From the NCBI GenBank assembly GCA_965263355.1, contig CBDHHL010000025.1, forward strand, positions 101,803 through 165,802: a DNA stretch of 64,000 nt. The letters run 5' to 3'. This document shows, in pieces, positions 21,913 to 33,389 of this stretch (positions within the stretch are counted from its first letter, which is position 1; each line of letters opens with the position of its first letter). Made by a program: the position numbers and the translations under genes. This stretch comes from Leptolyngbyaceae cyanobacterium. GTDB lineage: Bacteria; Cyanobacteriota; Cyanobacteriia; Phormidesmidales; Phormidesmidaceae. The notes beneath the pieces were generated by a model. It was not told the origin of the DNA and did not search any database. It saw only the letters and a list, made by a program, of their open reading frames with translations.

Positions 21913-24099
21913 CTAGGCAACGGCGAGTGCTGTTCCCGAACTGCGAATAAGATCCCCATAATGGCCAGCTGCTTGCCATAGATTCTCATGGGTTCCTCGC
22001 TGCACAACCTTGCCTCGTTCTAATACGATAATTTCATCGGCATCTCGTATAGTACTAAGTCGATGGGCAACAATAATGCAAGTGCAGCCCCGTCGCCGTA
22101 GATTTTGATCAATAATTTTCTCGGTCTCCGTATCGAGGGCACTGGTCGCTTCATCCATAATTAAAATCGATGGGTTGTTGACTAATGCTCGGGCAATTTC
22201 TAATCGCTGTCGCTGTCCCCCACTCAGGTTTTGGCCCCCTTCTAGTAGCTTGGCATCATAGCCATAGGGCATGGCTAAAATCACATCTTCAATGGCTGCA
22301 TCTCGACAGGCTTGCTTTAAATCCTCATCGCTAACTGTGTCATCCCAAAGGGTGAGGTTATCACGTACGCTACCGGCAAATAACAGAATATCCTGCTCTA
22401 CCATGGCAATGGAGTTTGTCAACGTGGCTTGGGAAATCTCTTGCCGAGGTCGACCGTCAAAACAAACATCCCCACTGCTCGGTTGATAAAGACCAGCAAT
22501 AACCTTAGCCAGTGTGGATTTACCTGAACCACTGCCCCCAACGAGCGCAATCCGCTGTCCTGGCTTAATGGTTAAATTAAAGTTTTCGATCAGGGGCGGA
22601 TCTAACGGACTGTAGCCAAAGGAGAGATTGCGAATTTCCATTGCACCGGAAAGACGATGGTTACTAGCGGCTTCTTCGGCCTCAGATACATCGTGCTTAC
22701 AGTGCTGGCAGAAGGCGATATCGGTTTCATTTTCAAGGACGTCATCTAACCGGTCGAGATTACCCTGGAGTGTTTGTAATGTGCCGGCAAACTGGACCAA
22801 GGTGTTGACTGGCCCCTGGAAGCTTTGCATCAAAAGCTGAAACGCTATCAGCATACCAATGGTGAGTTCCCCACGGATAATCCTTAAGCCGCCAATAATC
22901 AACAGTGACAGGGTGGCTAATGTGGATAGCAAGGATGGCAATAAACCAATCACACGGTTAGCGAGTCCCAGGCTTTGCTGAGCATTGACGGCCTTTGTTT
23001 GGTAGCCTGCCCAACGGGCAAAGAAGTCAGACTCTAATCCGCCTGCTTTAAGGGTTTCCATACCTTGTAAGCCAGCTACAGCTACACCCGAGGCTTTACC
23101 ATATTCCTGTACCAGGCGTAAGTTTGCATCCTTGCGCTGACGGGATACCCATTGTAAAACGCCAACATTAATGACGGCAAAGGCAATGACGATAAGGGTG
23201 AGGAGAATGTCGTATTGCAACATTGCGATCGCATAAAACACGATCATCACCGAACTAATCATCGTTGTCGTCAATCGTCCCGACAGTACCGCTGCCACAC
23301 TGTCATTGAGACTAATGCGACTGCTGATCTCTCCAGCAAATCGCTGGGCATAGAACCCCACTGGTAGCTGCAGCACATGCCACACAAACCGACTGGCCAT
23401 CCCCACCGCCAGTTTCACCCTGAGTGCCCGCAGATAGCGTAGCTGCAGGGTGGTTAAGATACCCTGAACTACTACTATCAGAGCAATTCCTACCAGCACA
23501 TAGGGTAGCCAATCTAAACGTTTAGCCAGCAGAATATTATCAATATAAATACGGCTAAAGGCCGGTAGAGCCAATGTAGGTAACACCAATAAAAAACCGG
23601 CTATAGTGCAATAAATTAATGCACCGATTGATCCCGACAGGCGACGTACCAATGAGCCAATGACATTGGGTTTTTGCCCACCTGGTTCAAACTTATCTGT
23701 AGGCTCAAATGTGAGTGCGATCCCCGTATAGCCCTCATCAAATTCCTGACGCGTTATCCGCCGGGGACCTGTGGCCGGATCATTAAGACGCACATGCGTT
23801 GACTCAAACCCATCAACCACTAAAAAGTGGTTGAAGTGCCAGAACACAATAAACGGCGGCTTCAGTTGCTTAAGACTTTCCAAACTTTTCTTAAACCCTT
23901 TTGCCTCAAGACCATAGGTACGAGCTGCCTTGAGCACATTCGCTGCTGTCACACCATCCCGTGATACCCCACAGGCATGGCGTAGCTCTGCCAATGGTAC
24001 ATAGCGACCGTAATAACCCAACACCATGCTGAGCGCTGCGGCACCACATTCCACTGCCTCCATCTGTAAAACCGTTGGCGAATTAACCTGACGCGCCAT
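21913..24099 (-). CDS. NHLP bacteriocin-type ABC exporter with C39 peptidase
   Basis: PTVLQMEAVECGAAAL (catalytic Cys), FNHFLVV (His), NDPATG, followed by TM and ATPase domains. Confidence 0.92.
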   Translation of the reverse strand: MARQVNSPTVLQMEAVECGAAALSMVLGYYGRYVPLAELRHACGVSRDGVTAANVLKAARTYGLEAKGFKKSLESLKQLKPPFIVFWHFNHFLVVDGFESTHVRLNDPATGPRRITRQEFDEGYTGIALTFEPTDKFEPGGQKPNVIGSLVRRLSGSIGALIYCTIAGFLLVLPTLALPAFSRIYIDNILLAKRLDWLPYVLVGIALIVVVQGILTTLQLRYLRALRVKLAVGMASRFVWHVLQLPVGFYAQRFAGEISSRISLNDSVAAVLSGRLTTTMISSVMIVFYAIAMLQYDILLTLIVIAFAVINVGVLQWVSRQRKDANLRLVQEYGKASGVAVAGLQGMETLKAGGLESDFFARWAGYQTKAVNAQQSLGLANRVIGLLPSLLSTLATLSLLIIGGLRIIRGELTIGMLIAFQLLMQSFQGPVNTLVQFAGTLQTLQGNLDRLDDVLENETDIAFCQHCKHDVSEAEEAASNHRLSGAMEIRNLSFGYSPLDPPLIENFNLTIKPGQRIALVGGSGSGKSTLAKVIAGLYQPSSGDVCFDGRPRQEISQATLTNSIAMVEQDILLFAGSVRDNLTLWDDTVSDEDLKQACRDAAIEDVILAMPYGYDAKLLEGGQNLSGGQRQRLEIARALVNNPSILIMDEATSALDTETEKIIDQNLRRRGCTCIIVAHRLSTIRDADEIIVLERGKVVQRGTHENLWQAAGHYGDLIRSSGTALAVA

Positions 24100-24269
24100 C
24101 CACGTAATCCTCTAAGTTGAATCACCTACAGCCAGTTTTAATTGTTTGGCCACAATCAAAACGCTACCTGAATAAGCATCCAAACAAATCATTAGAAAGT
24201 GTTGAGAAGGAAACACTTCTTAACTTGGTACAAAAAGTTCAGAAGGCAGAAAAAGACTTAATTCAGAAC

Positions 24270-25370
24270 TCAAGCCTCAGAACTGACCGTAGGCATATTC
24301 ATAAAGCTAAACAACTTGTAAAGGATTCGCGCACTTACATTGCCATCCCATTCATGGTTGCCCGTTTCACAAATATCGCAGCCAATAATGCGCCTGCCAC
24401 TACGAACCACCTCACGCCATAGACAATAGGCTTCTTCAAGATTTAGTCCCCCTGGAACCGGTGTGCCCGTATGGGGACATAGTTTTGGATCCAGGCCATC
24501 CACATCGCAGCTGATGTAAACATGCTCCGGCAAATTACCTACTATATCCTGACACTGCTTTAGCCAGCTTTGTCCAGCATAGGCGGCCTGTTTAAGTTGA
24601 GTATCCAGGTAAGTTACAATCCGACCCTTAGACTGCCGAATCAAAGACATTTCCCCATGGGAAATGTCACGAATGCCCACCTGTACTAGCTTTGAAATCT
24701 GAGGTAACTGTATCGCGTTAAACATAATCGATGCATGGGACTCCTGAAATCCTTCGTAGGCGTTACGCAAATCGCCGTGGGCATCTAAATGTAAAATACC
24801 AAAACTGAGATATTCCTGAGACAGGGCTTCTAGAGCACCCAATGGAATACTATGATCACCGCCGATAATGATAATTTTTTTGTTTTGCTGTATTGCGACA
24901 CTGGTCTGATGGCTGACCCAGCGACTCATGGTGCGACAGCCCCGGTTGATCCGCTCCAGGGCGGCTGCTAAGTCTGGATTGTCATCAGGAGTAACGCCCT
25001 GTTCGGCTGCGCGAATAATTGCGATCGCATCTGGTCTCAACTGGTGATTCTTGGCCAGTAGCCATGCCGGAATCGGTAGCATATAAATACCGTGTCGCCA
25101 TGCCTCTGGGTGATCAAAATCATAAAAGTCCAGCTGGGGTGACGCTCGTAAAATCACGTCAGGTCCCTGACAAGTACCATCTTGATAGGAGGTCGTCACA
25201 TCCCAGGGTACGCCGATCACAATTGTACTGGCGTGGGCATAATCATGGGGAAAGCCAAACACATTGCCATTAACTGCGCCGACACCCCCCGGATCAAAGT
25301 TAGCAATTTCATTGGCGATCCGTTGTTTTATATCAGTAGGCTTATTTTCAGACTGAGACTGTGTACCCAT
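24270..25370 (-). CDS. speB: Agmatinase-family ureohydrolase
   Basis: GGDHSIP, LHLDAHGDLR and DVDGLDP..GTPVPGG motifs, next to speD-speE. Confidence 0.8.
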   Translation of the reverse strand: MGTQSQSENKPTDIKQRIANEIANFDPGGVGAVNGNVFGFPHDYAHASTIVIGVPWDVTTSYQDGTCQGPDVILRASPQLDFYDFDHPEAWRHGIYMLPIPAWLLAKNHQLRPDAIAIIRAAEQGVTPDDNPDLAAALERINRGCRTMSRWVSHQTSVAIQQNKKIIIIGGDHSIPLGALEALSQEYLSFGILHLDAHGDLRNAYEGFQESHASIMFNAIQLPQISKLVQVGIRDISHGEMSLIRQSKGRIVTYLDTQLKQAAYAGQSWLKQCQDIVGNLPEHVYISCDVDGLDPKLCPHTGTPVPGGLNLEEAYCLWREVVRSGRRIIGCDICETGNHEWDGNVSARILYKLFSFMNMPTVSSEA

Positions 25371-25402
25371 ACTGTCTTTCAAAAGGTGCAAACGTAGACC
25401 GA

Positions 25403-26686
25403 TTACCTTGTAAGCATATTGCTAATAAATGTAGGTAAACAGAACGCTGCTCCGTGAATGTCACTATTGTAGTATTGCAGATCAAATTTCTGTGCTATCT
25501 GTTGGGCATGTTGCCGATTGAGATCGGTTATCGGATGGCGACCATCCTTAGTGCAGTAGCTAAAACTCCACATACCAGTGGGATAGGTGGGAATAAATGC
25601 CAGATAGCAAAAGACACTTTCAGGATTAAAAATTTCTTTTAGGCAATGGTTTAACTCTACAAACGCCTTTTGGTTAAAGTGGGGCGACTCACTCTGGGCT
25701 GTCATTACCCCACCGGGTCGCAAACAGCGATAAACATCTTGATAAAACGACTTAGAAAATAACCCCTCTGCTGGCCCAACTGGATCAGAAGAATCCACAA
25801 CAATCATATCGAAGCTATTATCTGGAGACTGTTTAACATATTTAATGCCATCATCAATAATCAGATTTAGCTTCGGATGGTCAAAGGCAGATGACAAACT
25901 AGGTAAAAACTCTTTAGACGCGCGGACAACAGCTTCATCAATTTCTACCATGGTGACGTTTTCTACATGGTCATAACGCAAAATTTCACGAATACTACCA
26001 CCATCACCACCACCAATCACGAGAATATCTTTCACGTCCGGTTGGATCACCATAGGGACATGGATGATCATTTCATGGTAGCCCTTCTCGTCTTTTTCGC
26101 TACACATGACCATTTTGTCAACAGCCAATAATTTGCCATATTCGAATGTGTCAAATACCTCTACGGTCTGATAAGGAGATTTTTCCCTAAACAGACAGTC
26201 TCCTTTATGGCGAATCGATAGGGCCATATTTTCATTGCGATCGGTAAACCAAACACTGCGGCTGTATTTAGGAACCACTAATTGCTGGGCTGCTTCATCC
26301 CTGAGTTCTCCCAGTTCGATACTAGCTTTTTCCAATAGATCTAACTGACCCCGATTAATTTCTACCGCCGAACCATGTTCAGCCTGAAAGGCTGTTTTGA
26401 GTAGTTTGTAAGATGTCCATGGATTAACTGAGTCACCACAGGTAAATAGATCTACCGCAGCATAGCGATACTCTGGCCAGGTATGAATTGCTAGATGACT
26501 TTCTTGAATAACGACAACACCAGACACACCAAAGGGCGAAAAATGGTGAAATACAGAACTAATAATGGTGGCACCTGATTCTTTAGCGGCGTCCACCATA
26601 CTTGATTCTATACATGGCACATCATTGAGTATTTCCAATGAACAGCCATGGAATTCAACTAAAATGTGGCGACCAAGAGATTTCAT
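25403..26686 (-). CDS. Fused S-adenosylmethionine decarboxylase - spermidine synthase (SpeD-SpeE)
   Basis: N-terminal [21 protein letters not shown], then [24 protein letters not shown] and YPTGMW in a single ORF. Confidence 0.92.
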   Translation of the reverse strand: MKSLGRHILVEFHGCSLEILNDVPCIESSMVDAAKESGATIISSVFHHFSPFGVSGVVVIQESHLAIHTWPEYRYAAVDLFTCGDSVNPWTSYKLLKTAFQAEHGSAVEINRGQLDLLEKASIELGELRDEAAQQLVVPKYSRSVWFTDRNENMALSIRHKGDCLFREKSPYQTVEVFDTFEYGKLLAVDKMVMCSEKDEKGYHEMIIHVPMVIQPDVKDILVIGGGDGGSIREILRYDHVENVTMVEIDEAVVRASKEFLPSLSSAFDHPKLNLIIDDGIKYVKQSPDNSFDMIVVDSSDPVGPAEGLFSKSFYQDVYRCLRPGGVMTAQSESPHFNQKAFVELNHCLKEIFNPESVFCYLAFIPTYPTGMWSFSYCTKDGRHPITDLNRQHAQQIAQKFDLQYYNSDIHGAAFCLPTFISNMLTR

Positions 26687-26708
26687 TTACGTATAGCCTC
26701 AATACAAA

Positions 26709-26738
26709 CTACTTATAGAAGAGCTACTTATAGAAGAG
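26709..26738. repeat. 15-bp perfect tandem duplication
   Basis: CTACTTATAGAAGAG x2 just upstream of the speDE start. Confidence 0.85.
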
Positions 26739-26895
26739 CGATTTTCAGACGAAGAATTAATATCAATCTGGAAAGTAGAGAGATGAGAACCAATTGTAGA
26801 GCGTCCAATAACTTAGCTAAATCAGTTTATAACTAAATTGGACAAACTTGACAAAAGCTATTGTTGTAATCATTCTCCTTAAAAATAAAAAAGTT

Positions 26896-29430
26896 CTAGG
26901 TTTCAATGATCCAGCGTTTATTCTGATGTAAAAGTTTGGTCACTTGGTTTTCAGGTAGGGGTTTTGCAAAGAAATAGCCCTGGGCATATTGGCATCGTAG
27001 CTGCTTTAGAAGGCACGCCTGAGCAGACGTTTCCACACCTTCTGCAATAATATCTAACTTTAGACGATGGCCTAAGGAAACGATGGTGCCAACAATATCT
27101 GCATTCTCACTAATACTCTCCATCCGATCAACAAAGGATTTATCGATTTTAAGGGAGTCGATAGGCAGTCGATGGAGATAGCTAAGGGATGAATAACCTG
27201 TACCAAAATCATCCAGGCTAATATGCAGTCCCTTTTCCTTTAATCGTAACAGTTGTCGAATGGCCGACTCTACATCTTTCATTGCTACACTTTCCGTTAA
27301 TTCTAATTTAATACCACGGGGATCAATTTGGTGGTGCTGCACAATTGTGCTAATTCTCATCGCCAGATCTTGTTGCATAAACTGTCGACTGGAGAGATTC
27401 ACACTAATAAAGAGAGGATGTGTTCTAGGAAATAGCTGTTGCCACTGTCGAGTCTGGTAACAGGCTTCATTCAAAATCCAATCCCCCATGGCTAAAATCA
27501 TGCCAGTGTCTTCGGCAATGCCAATAAAATCGTTGGGCGGTACAATACCACGCTCTGGATGTTGCCAACGGATTAGGGCTTCAAACCCAGCTATATAACC
27601 TGAATCTAAATTGATAATTGGCTGATAATATAGCTGGAACTGTTTGTCTTCTCCTGCATGGCGTAACTCCATTTCGAGCTGAAATTGGGACACTGAATGG
27701 ATCCGCATGGTTTCATTGAAAACTTCATGGCGCTCACGACCTGAATTCTTGGCTTTTCCCAGGGCACGGTGAGCATCTTGTAAAAGCTCATGGGCTCGGT
27801 ATCCTAAGCCTTTTTGATGGAGTGCTATACCGATACTGATTGTGGTACGCACAAGCTGACCGCCAATATAAATTGAGTCCATCAAGCTTTTTTGCAAATG
27901 GGCCGTAGTAGAAATCGCTTCTTGGGTATGGGAAATTGACGGCAAAATCAGGGAGAACTTATCGCCCCCAACTCGCGCAACTGAAGCTGTGGGTATTTGA
28001 CAAACAATCCGCTTGGCCACAATCCGTAAAAGTTGATCGGCAACCTTCACGCCCAAACTTTCGTTTACTGATTTGAATGAATCTAAATCAATCAGTAACA
28101 GCGCCACCATAGGTGCTGATGCATTCCGCTCGTTTAGATAGTATTGCAGACGTTTTAGGCCAGAGACTCGGTTAGGCAAACTGGTAAGCGGATCGTAATA
28201 AGTACGATAGAAAACCTGATAGGCGATGGTACTACTGACCACTGTGACAAACCCTAGAACTGCTGGAACAACAGGAATCCAACCGTTATGGAGAAACATG
28301 CTCCAGCCGATGGTGACTAGGACTGAGAGTGCGATCGCACTACTCAAGGTCAACAACACAAAACGCTGAATATGCCAGACCAATACACTGCCGAGCAAGC
28401 ACCAAAAGCCGATCCATAGCATTTCCTGCCACTGAGTCCAGGTCCAAATTAGAGAATATTCCCCCTCTACAACGGACAAAATTTGACTTACCGCATGGGC
28501 ATGGACAATCACCCCAGGCGTGGTCGCAACAGCTTCAGCTTGAGTATTCAGGGATGTAAAAAAAGTGTCCTTAATGCTAGGAGCCACGGTCCCGATTAAG
28601 ACTACCTTATCTTTGAACCAAGCGGGATTAACCTCATTCTTAAGTACATCCGTTAGGGAGACCTGCCGGATAGCCTCATTTTTAGCCTGATATTGCAACA
28701 TGACCTGATAACCAGTCATGTCTTCATTTTGATACCCGCCTGCATTCTGAGGTAGGGTAGGGAACAGTTTACCCGCAATGGTTAACCCTTCCCAACTTGT
28801 GTCAAAAATATCAGGACCATAGCGTTTTCGTAGAACATGGAGGCTTAACTGTAGCCCCAACGCATAAAATTTATTGGGCTTGATCGAAGCAAACATAAAG
28901 TTACGTCGAATCACCCCATCAATATCAGCCACAAAGTCTGCAAATCCTGTACGCGCTGGATCCATGCCTTTAGGGGCTGGGGTACTGCGGGTAGGATCCA
29001 GCCCTACATCGTACACTCCATAGACATTTTTCATGGCCAATTGTTTAGCCAGTCGTTCGCGACCAGGCGGATAGTCAATATCCCGATAGATATCAAGGCC
29101 GATGACTGCAGGCTGGTAGACCTGTAAGTTCTCTAGTACTTCAGCTACCGTATCATCGCTCAAGGGCCAGTGATTGTGGCGTTTAATATCAACCTCATTA
29201 ATGCCTACGACCACCACATCAGGTAGCTCAACATCCGTGACAGAGTGACGAACACGGCTATCAAACAACTTAAGCTCCAATCCCTGCAATCCACCTAGCT
29301 GTCGAATTCCGATGACAGCTAGGGCAACTCCCAGGGCAATTAACATATAGCCATATTGCTGCAGCCATCGCCACAGCAAAAGCTGCGCAGAACGTAGACG
29401 ACTACGACCGTAAAAGCTACCAAAGCGCAA
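26896..29430 (-). CDS. CHASE2-GGDEF-EAL signalling protein
   Basis: CHASE2 (IGLDIYRD, KVVLIG, PGVIVHA), 3 TM helices, GGDKF variant, intact EALIRW and DDFGTGYSSL. Confidence 0.92.
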   Translation of the reverse strand: MRFGSFYGRSRLRSAQLLLWRWLQQYGYMLIALGVALAVIGIRQLGGLQGLELKLFDSRVRHSVTDVELPDVVVVGINEVDIKRHNHWPLSDDTVAEVLENLQVYQPAVIGLDIYRDIDYPPGRERLAKQLAMKNVYGVYDVGLDPTRSTPAPKGMDPARTGFADFVADIDGVIRRNFMFASIKPNKFYALGLQLSLHVLRKRYGPDIFDTSWEGLTIAGKLFPTLPQNAGGYQNEDMTGYQVMLQYQAKNEAIRQVSLTDVLKNEVNPAWFKDKVVLIGTVAPSIKDTFFTSLNTQAEAVATTPGVIVHAHAVSQILSVVEGEYSLIWTWTQWQEMLWIGFWCLLGSVLVWHIQRFVLLTLSSAIALSVLVTIGWSMFLHNGWIPVVPAVLGFVTVVSSTIAYQVFYRTYYDPLTSLPNRVSGLKRLQYYLNERNASAPMVALLLIDLDSFKSVNESLGVKVADQLLRIVAKRIVCQIPTASVARVGGDKFSLILPSISHTQEAISTTAHLQKSLMDSIYIGGQLVRTTISIGIALHQKGLGYRAHELLQDAHRALGKAKNSGRERHEVFNETMRIHSVSQFQLEMELRHAGEDKQFQLYYQPIINLDSGYIAGFEALIRWQHPERGIVPPNDFIGIAEDTGMILAMGDWILNEACYQTRQWQQLFPRTHPLFISVNLSSRQFMQQDLAMRISTIVQHHQIDPRGIKLELTESVAMKDVESAIRQLLRLKEKGLHISLDDFGTGYSSLSYLHRLPIDSLKIDKSFVDRMESISENADIVGTIVSLGHRLKLDIIAEGVETSAQACLLKQLRCQYAQGYFFAKPLPENQVTKLLHQNKRWIIET

Positions 29431-29492
29431 TGAGCCCCCTTTAGTATTAGGTAGTCAAATGGATGTAATGATTAATCAGCTGGTAGACATAC

Positions 29493-32400
29493 TTACCAAG
29501 GATTCCCAATCATAGTGAAACCAGACCAATAGGCCGGATGACTAAAATCCCAACTACCACTGGTATCCAAACTAGGTAGGTGGCCAATTGGGCGTTCTTC
29601 ACTGCCGTATACAGTGCCACCTGAAATACCAACATTTCCTCGCAGCATCGCTATCTGGGCCTGACGTAAAGCTGCACTACGGGTTAAGGGTTGGTTCAGC
29701 GCGCTATAAAATTCTGACATCAAGCCCAGGGTTGCTTCATCGCTGATGGACCAAAGGCTGGCTAAGGCCGTCTGAACACCGACATTCACGGCTAATCCTG
29801 CAAAGCCAAATTCTGCAGTTGTATCACCCAAGGCAGTGGCACAGGCACTTAAAATTAAAAAGTCAATGGTATCAATAGGCAATTCCTGCAGCTGATTGAG
29901 ATTTATAGTTTGGTCCCAAAGCTGCACATAGGATGTTTCTAAACTGCCTGGTTGAAATACTGCATGGGTAGCCAGATGTACGCTAGTAAAATTTCCCTGC
30001 TCTAAAAGTTTTTGTAGAGCCGCTAAGGTAGCTTCGTGATCTAAGTACTGCTCATCCCTGCTGCCTCGACTAGCAAGATGAAGCTCAAGGGGGACTGCTG
30101 CTAAATCAGCATGGGCTTCAAAATTAGCAATACCCATTGCTAAGGTTGCTTGTTTTTTAGATAGGCTAGACTCTGATAGCAGTTCTAACGACGGTTCTAG
30201 GGGAGTTAACCCGACGCTAGGTAGCAACCCAATACTATAGCTCTCGATCAAAAAGCGTTCTCCATCATGGAGCGCTGCCATGGGTAAGGAACGCAACCCA
30301 GCATCAAGGGAAAAGCCAATATGGTCAATATTGGCCATTTCCAAATCGGTCAACATTGGCCGAACTAACCAGTCATAAAGTTGTTGGGCAGCTGGTAAGT
30401 ATTGAGCGGGTCGTAATACGGGATTTGTAATTGTCTGGTGAAATGTTTCCACCATTGCAAGTACTTCTTCTGCAGTAACAGCAACGGGGCGATATATTAA
30501 AGAACCTTCACTACTCACAAGCATCAGTTCCACATGGGTATCTTTTAACCGGACATACATCAGCGCTGGGTTGATATTTTGGGCATTACTGATCTGTTTC
30601 AAAGTCCGCTGAGTGGTTTCTAACGATGGCGACTCAGGTATAGGTAAATTCAGGGCTTTAGCAAATTCATTAGAGAATGCCGTTTCTATCTGGGCCCAGA
30701 TTAACTCATTATTGCTAATGGCCCTTACACGCTCTCTATTGGTATCAACAGCTATCTCATGTCTGCCATTGTTGAGTCTGCTAAGAGTTGCCTCAGATGC
30801 CAACAGGTTTAGATTTTCTAAGGTTGGGGATATCACTGTCGGAGACGTTGACAGCTTATCTTGGGAAACAGGTATTGACGTTGAAGGCTCAGGTTCACCT
30901 GGTGCAACCAACGGCGGTTCAAATAAATTTTTGAGTTCAATGCTATTTAGACTGATGGGTTGGGTAACAGTTTGAGGGGCAGCCAAAATATCTATGTCAG
31001 TAACAATATCGCCCGCCACCCCATTGACACTACTATTGCTGCCCAGGGTAAAAGGACTGGTTGGATCACTGTTATAGGTCAAACGAATCCTCCCCTCACC
31101 TGTTGTTAATAGGCTGGTATTAGTACTCGGAATCGTGTCAACGGCTTGAAATGATTGTTGCGTGGCAACATTAATGTTGCCACCCTGGCCTTGACCCATG
31201 GCATTGATAAAGTCAACAACAATAGCGCCGTTGCCATCAAGCTGCACATCCCCCCCTTGGGTTTCAGCTAAGTCAGGGCCGATAGTTATAGTTGTGATTT
31301 GTTGACTCGTAATGGTTCCTTGGAGTGCATTTAGTGTAATTATTCCACCATTACCTGTATTACTGTTGTCAGCACTTGTATTAGCAGCTAGTAAAGCAGT
31401 TTCAATATTGGCTGACTGACTGTTGAGGGTAATATTACCTGCATCACCTGAGTTATTAGTAATTGCACTGGCTGAGGTGATGTTACTCTCAACAATAATG
31501 TTGCTCATCGCACTAAGATTAATGTCTCCCCCAGTGCCTATATTGTTATTACCAGATGTGTAGGCATCAAGATTATTTGTTGAAATACTACCTGTTTGCG
31601 CATTGATAGTAATCTCACCAGCACTACCCCTATTACTTAGGGCATTTGTAGTCGTAATAATATCCTCAGCAATGACTGAACCTGCAGCAGACAAGGTAAC
31701 TGTTCCACCATTGCCACTGTTGTTTAGGGTACCACGAGCGGTCCCTATAAGGGTGTCACTGACAATATTGCCTTGGGTTGCTGTCAGATAAATATCTCCG
31801 GCATTCTCAGCGTTGTCAATGGCTGAGAACACACTGGTGTCCAGATCACCGACTGTAATGTTAGCTGCTGTGATCGAAAGATCTCGACCTGGGGCTGTGA
31901 GACGATTGCCAGGGGCCATGGTAAAATCTCCCTGACCATCGGCATCGGCATCGGCTAAAAAACTAATGCTTCCAGTCCCCTGGATAAACGTAAGCTCTCC
32001 ATTGCTAAGGGGCTCAATGTTAATGTGATTGTCTGCTTGGAACAATACATTAACATCGCCAATAATAGAGGACTCTAACGTATCTTCATAAAATACTTGA
32101 GGTTCAGTCGAGTTAACATCCCCCGGATCGCGGCCTGCTCGAATTTCGATATTTTCTGGATCTAAAAGGAGGGTCCCTGGGCTGCCTTGCGATCGCAAAT
32201 CCACCTGACCACCGAAGTACAATTGTTCCTTACCTGATATCTCAACTGTGCTACCAGTGGTCTCTCCTTGAGCCCTGATCTTTCCCCTAAACTGGGTAAC
32301 TCCATCCGACCAAATAACTATCTGTCCCCCCACTTGACCATTTGCAGTAAGAGTAGATGCAGCGTCAATAACTGTTGACTGTGAGGTGGGTAGAGAGGCC

Positions 32401-33389
32401 AAACCTTGATAGTCGCCACCAATCAACATTTGACCACCGTCAACAGTGTGCAACCTAGCCCCTGCGATCGCTATATGCTCCCCAACAATCTGAATACGGT
32501 TGAGACCCTCACGGGTGGTTAGCTGACCACCCACTAGGGCAGTTCCTGAGGGCAGTTCTGACAACGGTGAACCCGTAAGCCTGAGGGTACCATCTTGACT
32601 GACTTCAATGGCAGTAGCATGTTCAGACCCTGTTAAGGTAAGCCACGGTGGTAATGTCTGTATGGTTTGAGTAGCAGGAGTGAACCGTAAACCACCCTCA
32701 AGGATAACGGTTTCATGGGTCCCAACAGCGGCTATGTTAATTGCGCCACCTCTCAATGTGCCCTGATTAACAACATTGTGACCAATCAGTGATAAAGACT
32801 GATTAGCCCCAACTCGAAGGTCGCCCAAATTAACAATGTTACCGGGGCTGACAGCATCAAAATGTAGCTGCAGGATGTTTCCTTCTATACCATCCGGATG
32901 CCCTACAATTCCAAATTTTCCTTGACTAAAGTCAAGCTGCTCGGCTGTCAAAACGGTAAAATCACCGGCCAAATTGATAGAGGCATCCACCCCAAACAGA
33001 ACCCCTGCCGGATTGATCAGATATAAACTAGCTGAACTATTACTGAGTTCTATTACCCCATTAATATGGGATGGAACACCGTTTATAATGCGGCTAAAAA
33101 CAGCTTCTATACCAGGTGCGACATGAAATTCAGCGGTCTGGTTATGCTCTAGATCAAATTGCTGAAAACTATGGAATAACAGGGTGGCATTATCTGCCAC
33201 AGTTCCTCCCAAGATGTCAAACTGAGTATTTTGTTGAACGACTTGAGTTTGTACAGAATCTTGGGCTGAGATCACCTGAGCACTTACCCTGGGGCCAACA
33301 GCCCACAGAACGGTAGGCACTATCCCAGTAACATATATCTTTTGGCAACGACTACGCCATAATGTTTGAAGCCTGCCCATAACAATCAA
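29493..33389 (-). CDS. FHA N-terminal domain + CHAT domain protein
   Basis: LFHSFQQF / YLINPAGVLFG TPS domain, GTLLLDPENI, VHLATHA, LILSACATA, HPAYWSGFTMIGNPW. Confidence 0.92.
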   Translation of the reverse strand: MIVMGRLQTLWRSRCQKIYVTGIVPTVLWAVGPRVSAQVISAQDSVQTQVVQQNTQFDILGGTVADNATLLFHSFQQFDLEHNQTAEFHVAPGIEAVFSRIINGVPSHINGVIELSNSSASLYLINPAGVLFGVDASINLAGDFTVLTAEQLDFSQGKFGIVGHPDGIEGNILQLHFDAVSPGNIVNLGDLRVGANQSLSLIGHNVVNQGTLRGGAINIAAVGTHETVILEGGLRFTPATQTIQTLPPWLTLTGSEHATAIEVSQDGTLRLTGSPLSELPSGTALVGGQLTTREGLNRIQIVGEHIAIAGARLHTVDGGQMLIGGDYQGLASLPTSQSTVIDAASTLTANGQVGGQIVIWSDGVTQFRGKIRAQGETTGSTVEISGKEQLYFGGQVDLRSQGSPGTLLLDPENIEIRAGRDPGDVNSTEPQVFYEDTLESSIIGDVNVLFQADNHINIEPLSNGELTFIQGTGSISFLADADADGQGDFTMAPGNRLTAPGRDLSITAANITVGDLDTSVFSAIDNAENAGDIYLTATQGNIVSDTLIGTARGTLNNSGNGGTVTLSAAGSVIAEDIITTTNALSNRGSAGEITINAQTGSISTNNLDAYTSGNNNIGTGGDINLSAMSNIIVESNITSASAITNNSGDAGNITLNSQSANIETALLAANTSADNSNTGNGGIITLNALQGTITSQQITTITIGPDLAETQGGDVQLDGNGAIVVDFINAMGQGQGGNINVATQQSFQAVDTIPSTNTSLLTTGEGRIRLTYNSDPTSPFTLGSNSSVNGVAGDIVTDIDILAAPQTVTQPISLNSIELKNLFEPPLVAPGEPEPSTSIPVSQDKLSTSPTVISPTLENLNLLASEATLSRLNNGRHEIAVDTNRERVRAISNNELIWAQIETAFSNEFAKALNLPIPESPSLETTQRTLKQISNAQNINPALMYVRLKDTHVELMLVSSEGSLIYRPVAVTAEEVLAMVETFHQTITNPVLRPAQYLPAAQQLYDWLVRPMLTDLEMANIDHIGFSLDAGLRSLPMAALHDGERFLIESYSIGLLPSVGLTPLEPSLELLSESSLSKKQATLAMGIANFEAHADLAAVPLELHLASRGSRDEQYLDHEATLAALQKLLEQGNFTSVHLATHAVFQPGSLETSYVQLWDQTINLNQLQELPIDTIDFLILSACATALGDTTAEFGFAGLAVNVGVQTALASLWSISDEATLGLMSEFYSALNQPLTRSAALRQAQIAMLRGNVGISGGTVYGSEERPIGHLPSLDTSGSWDFSHPAYWSGFTMIGNPW

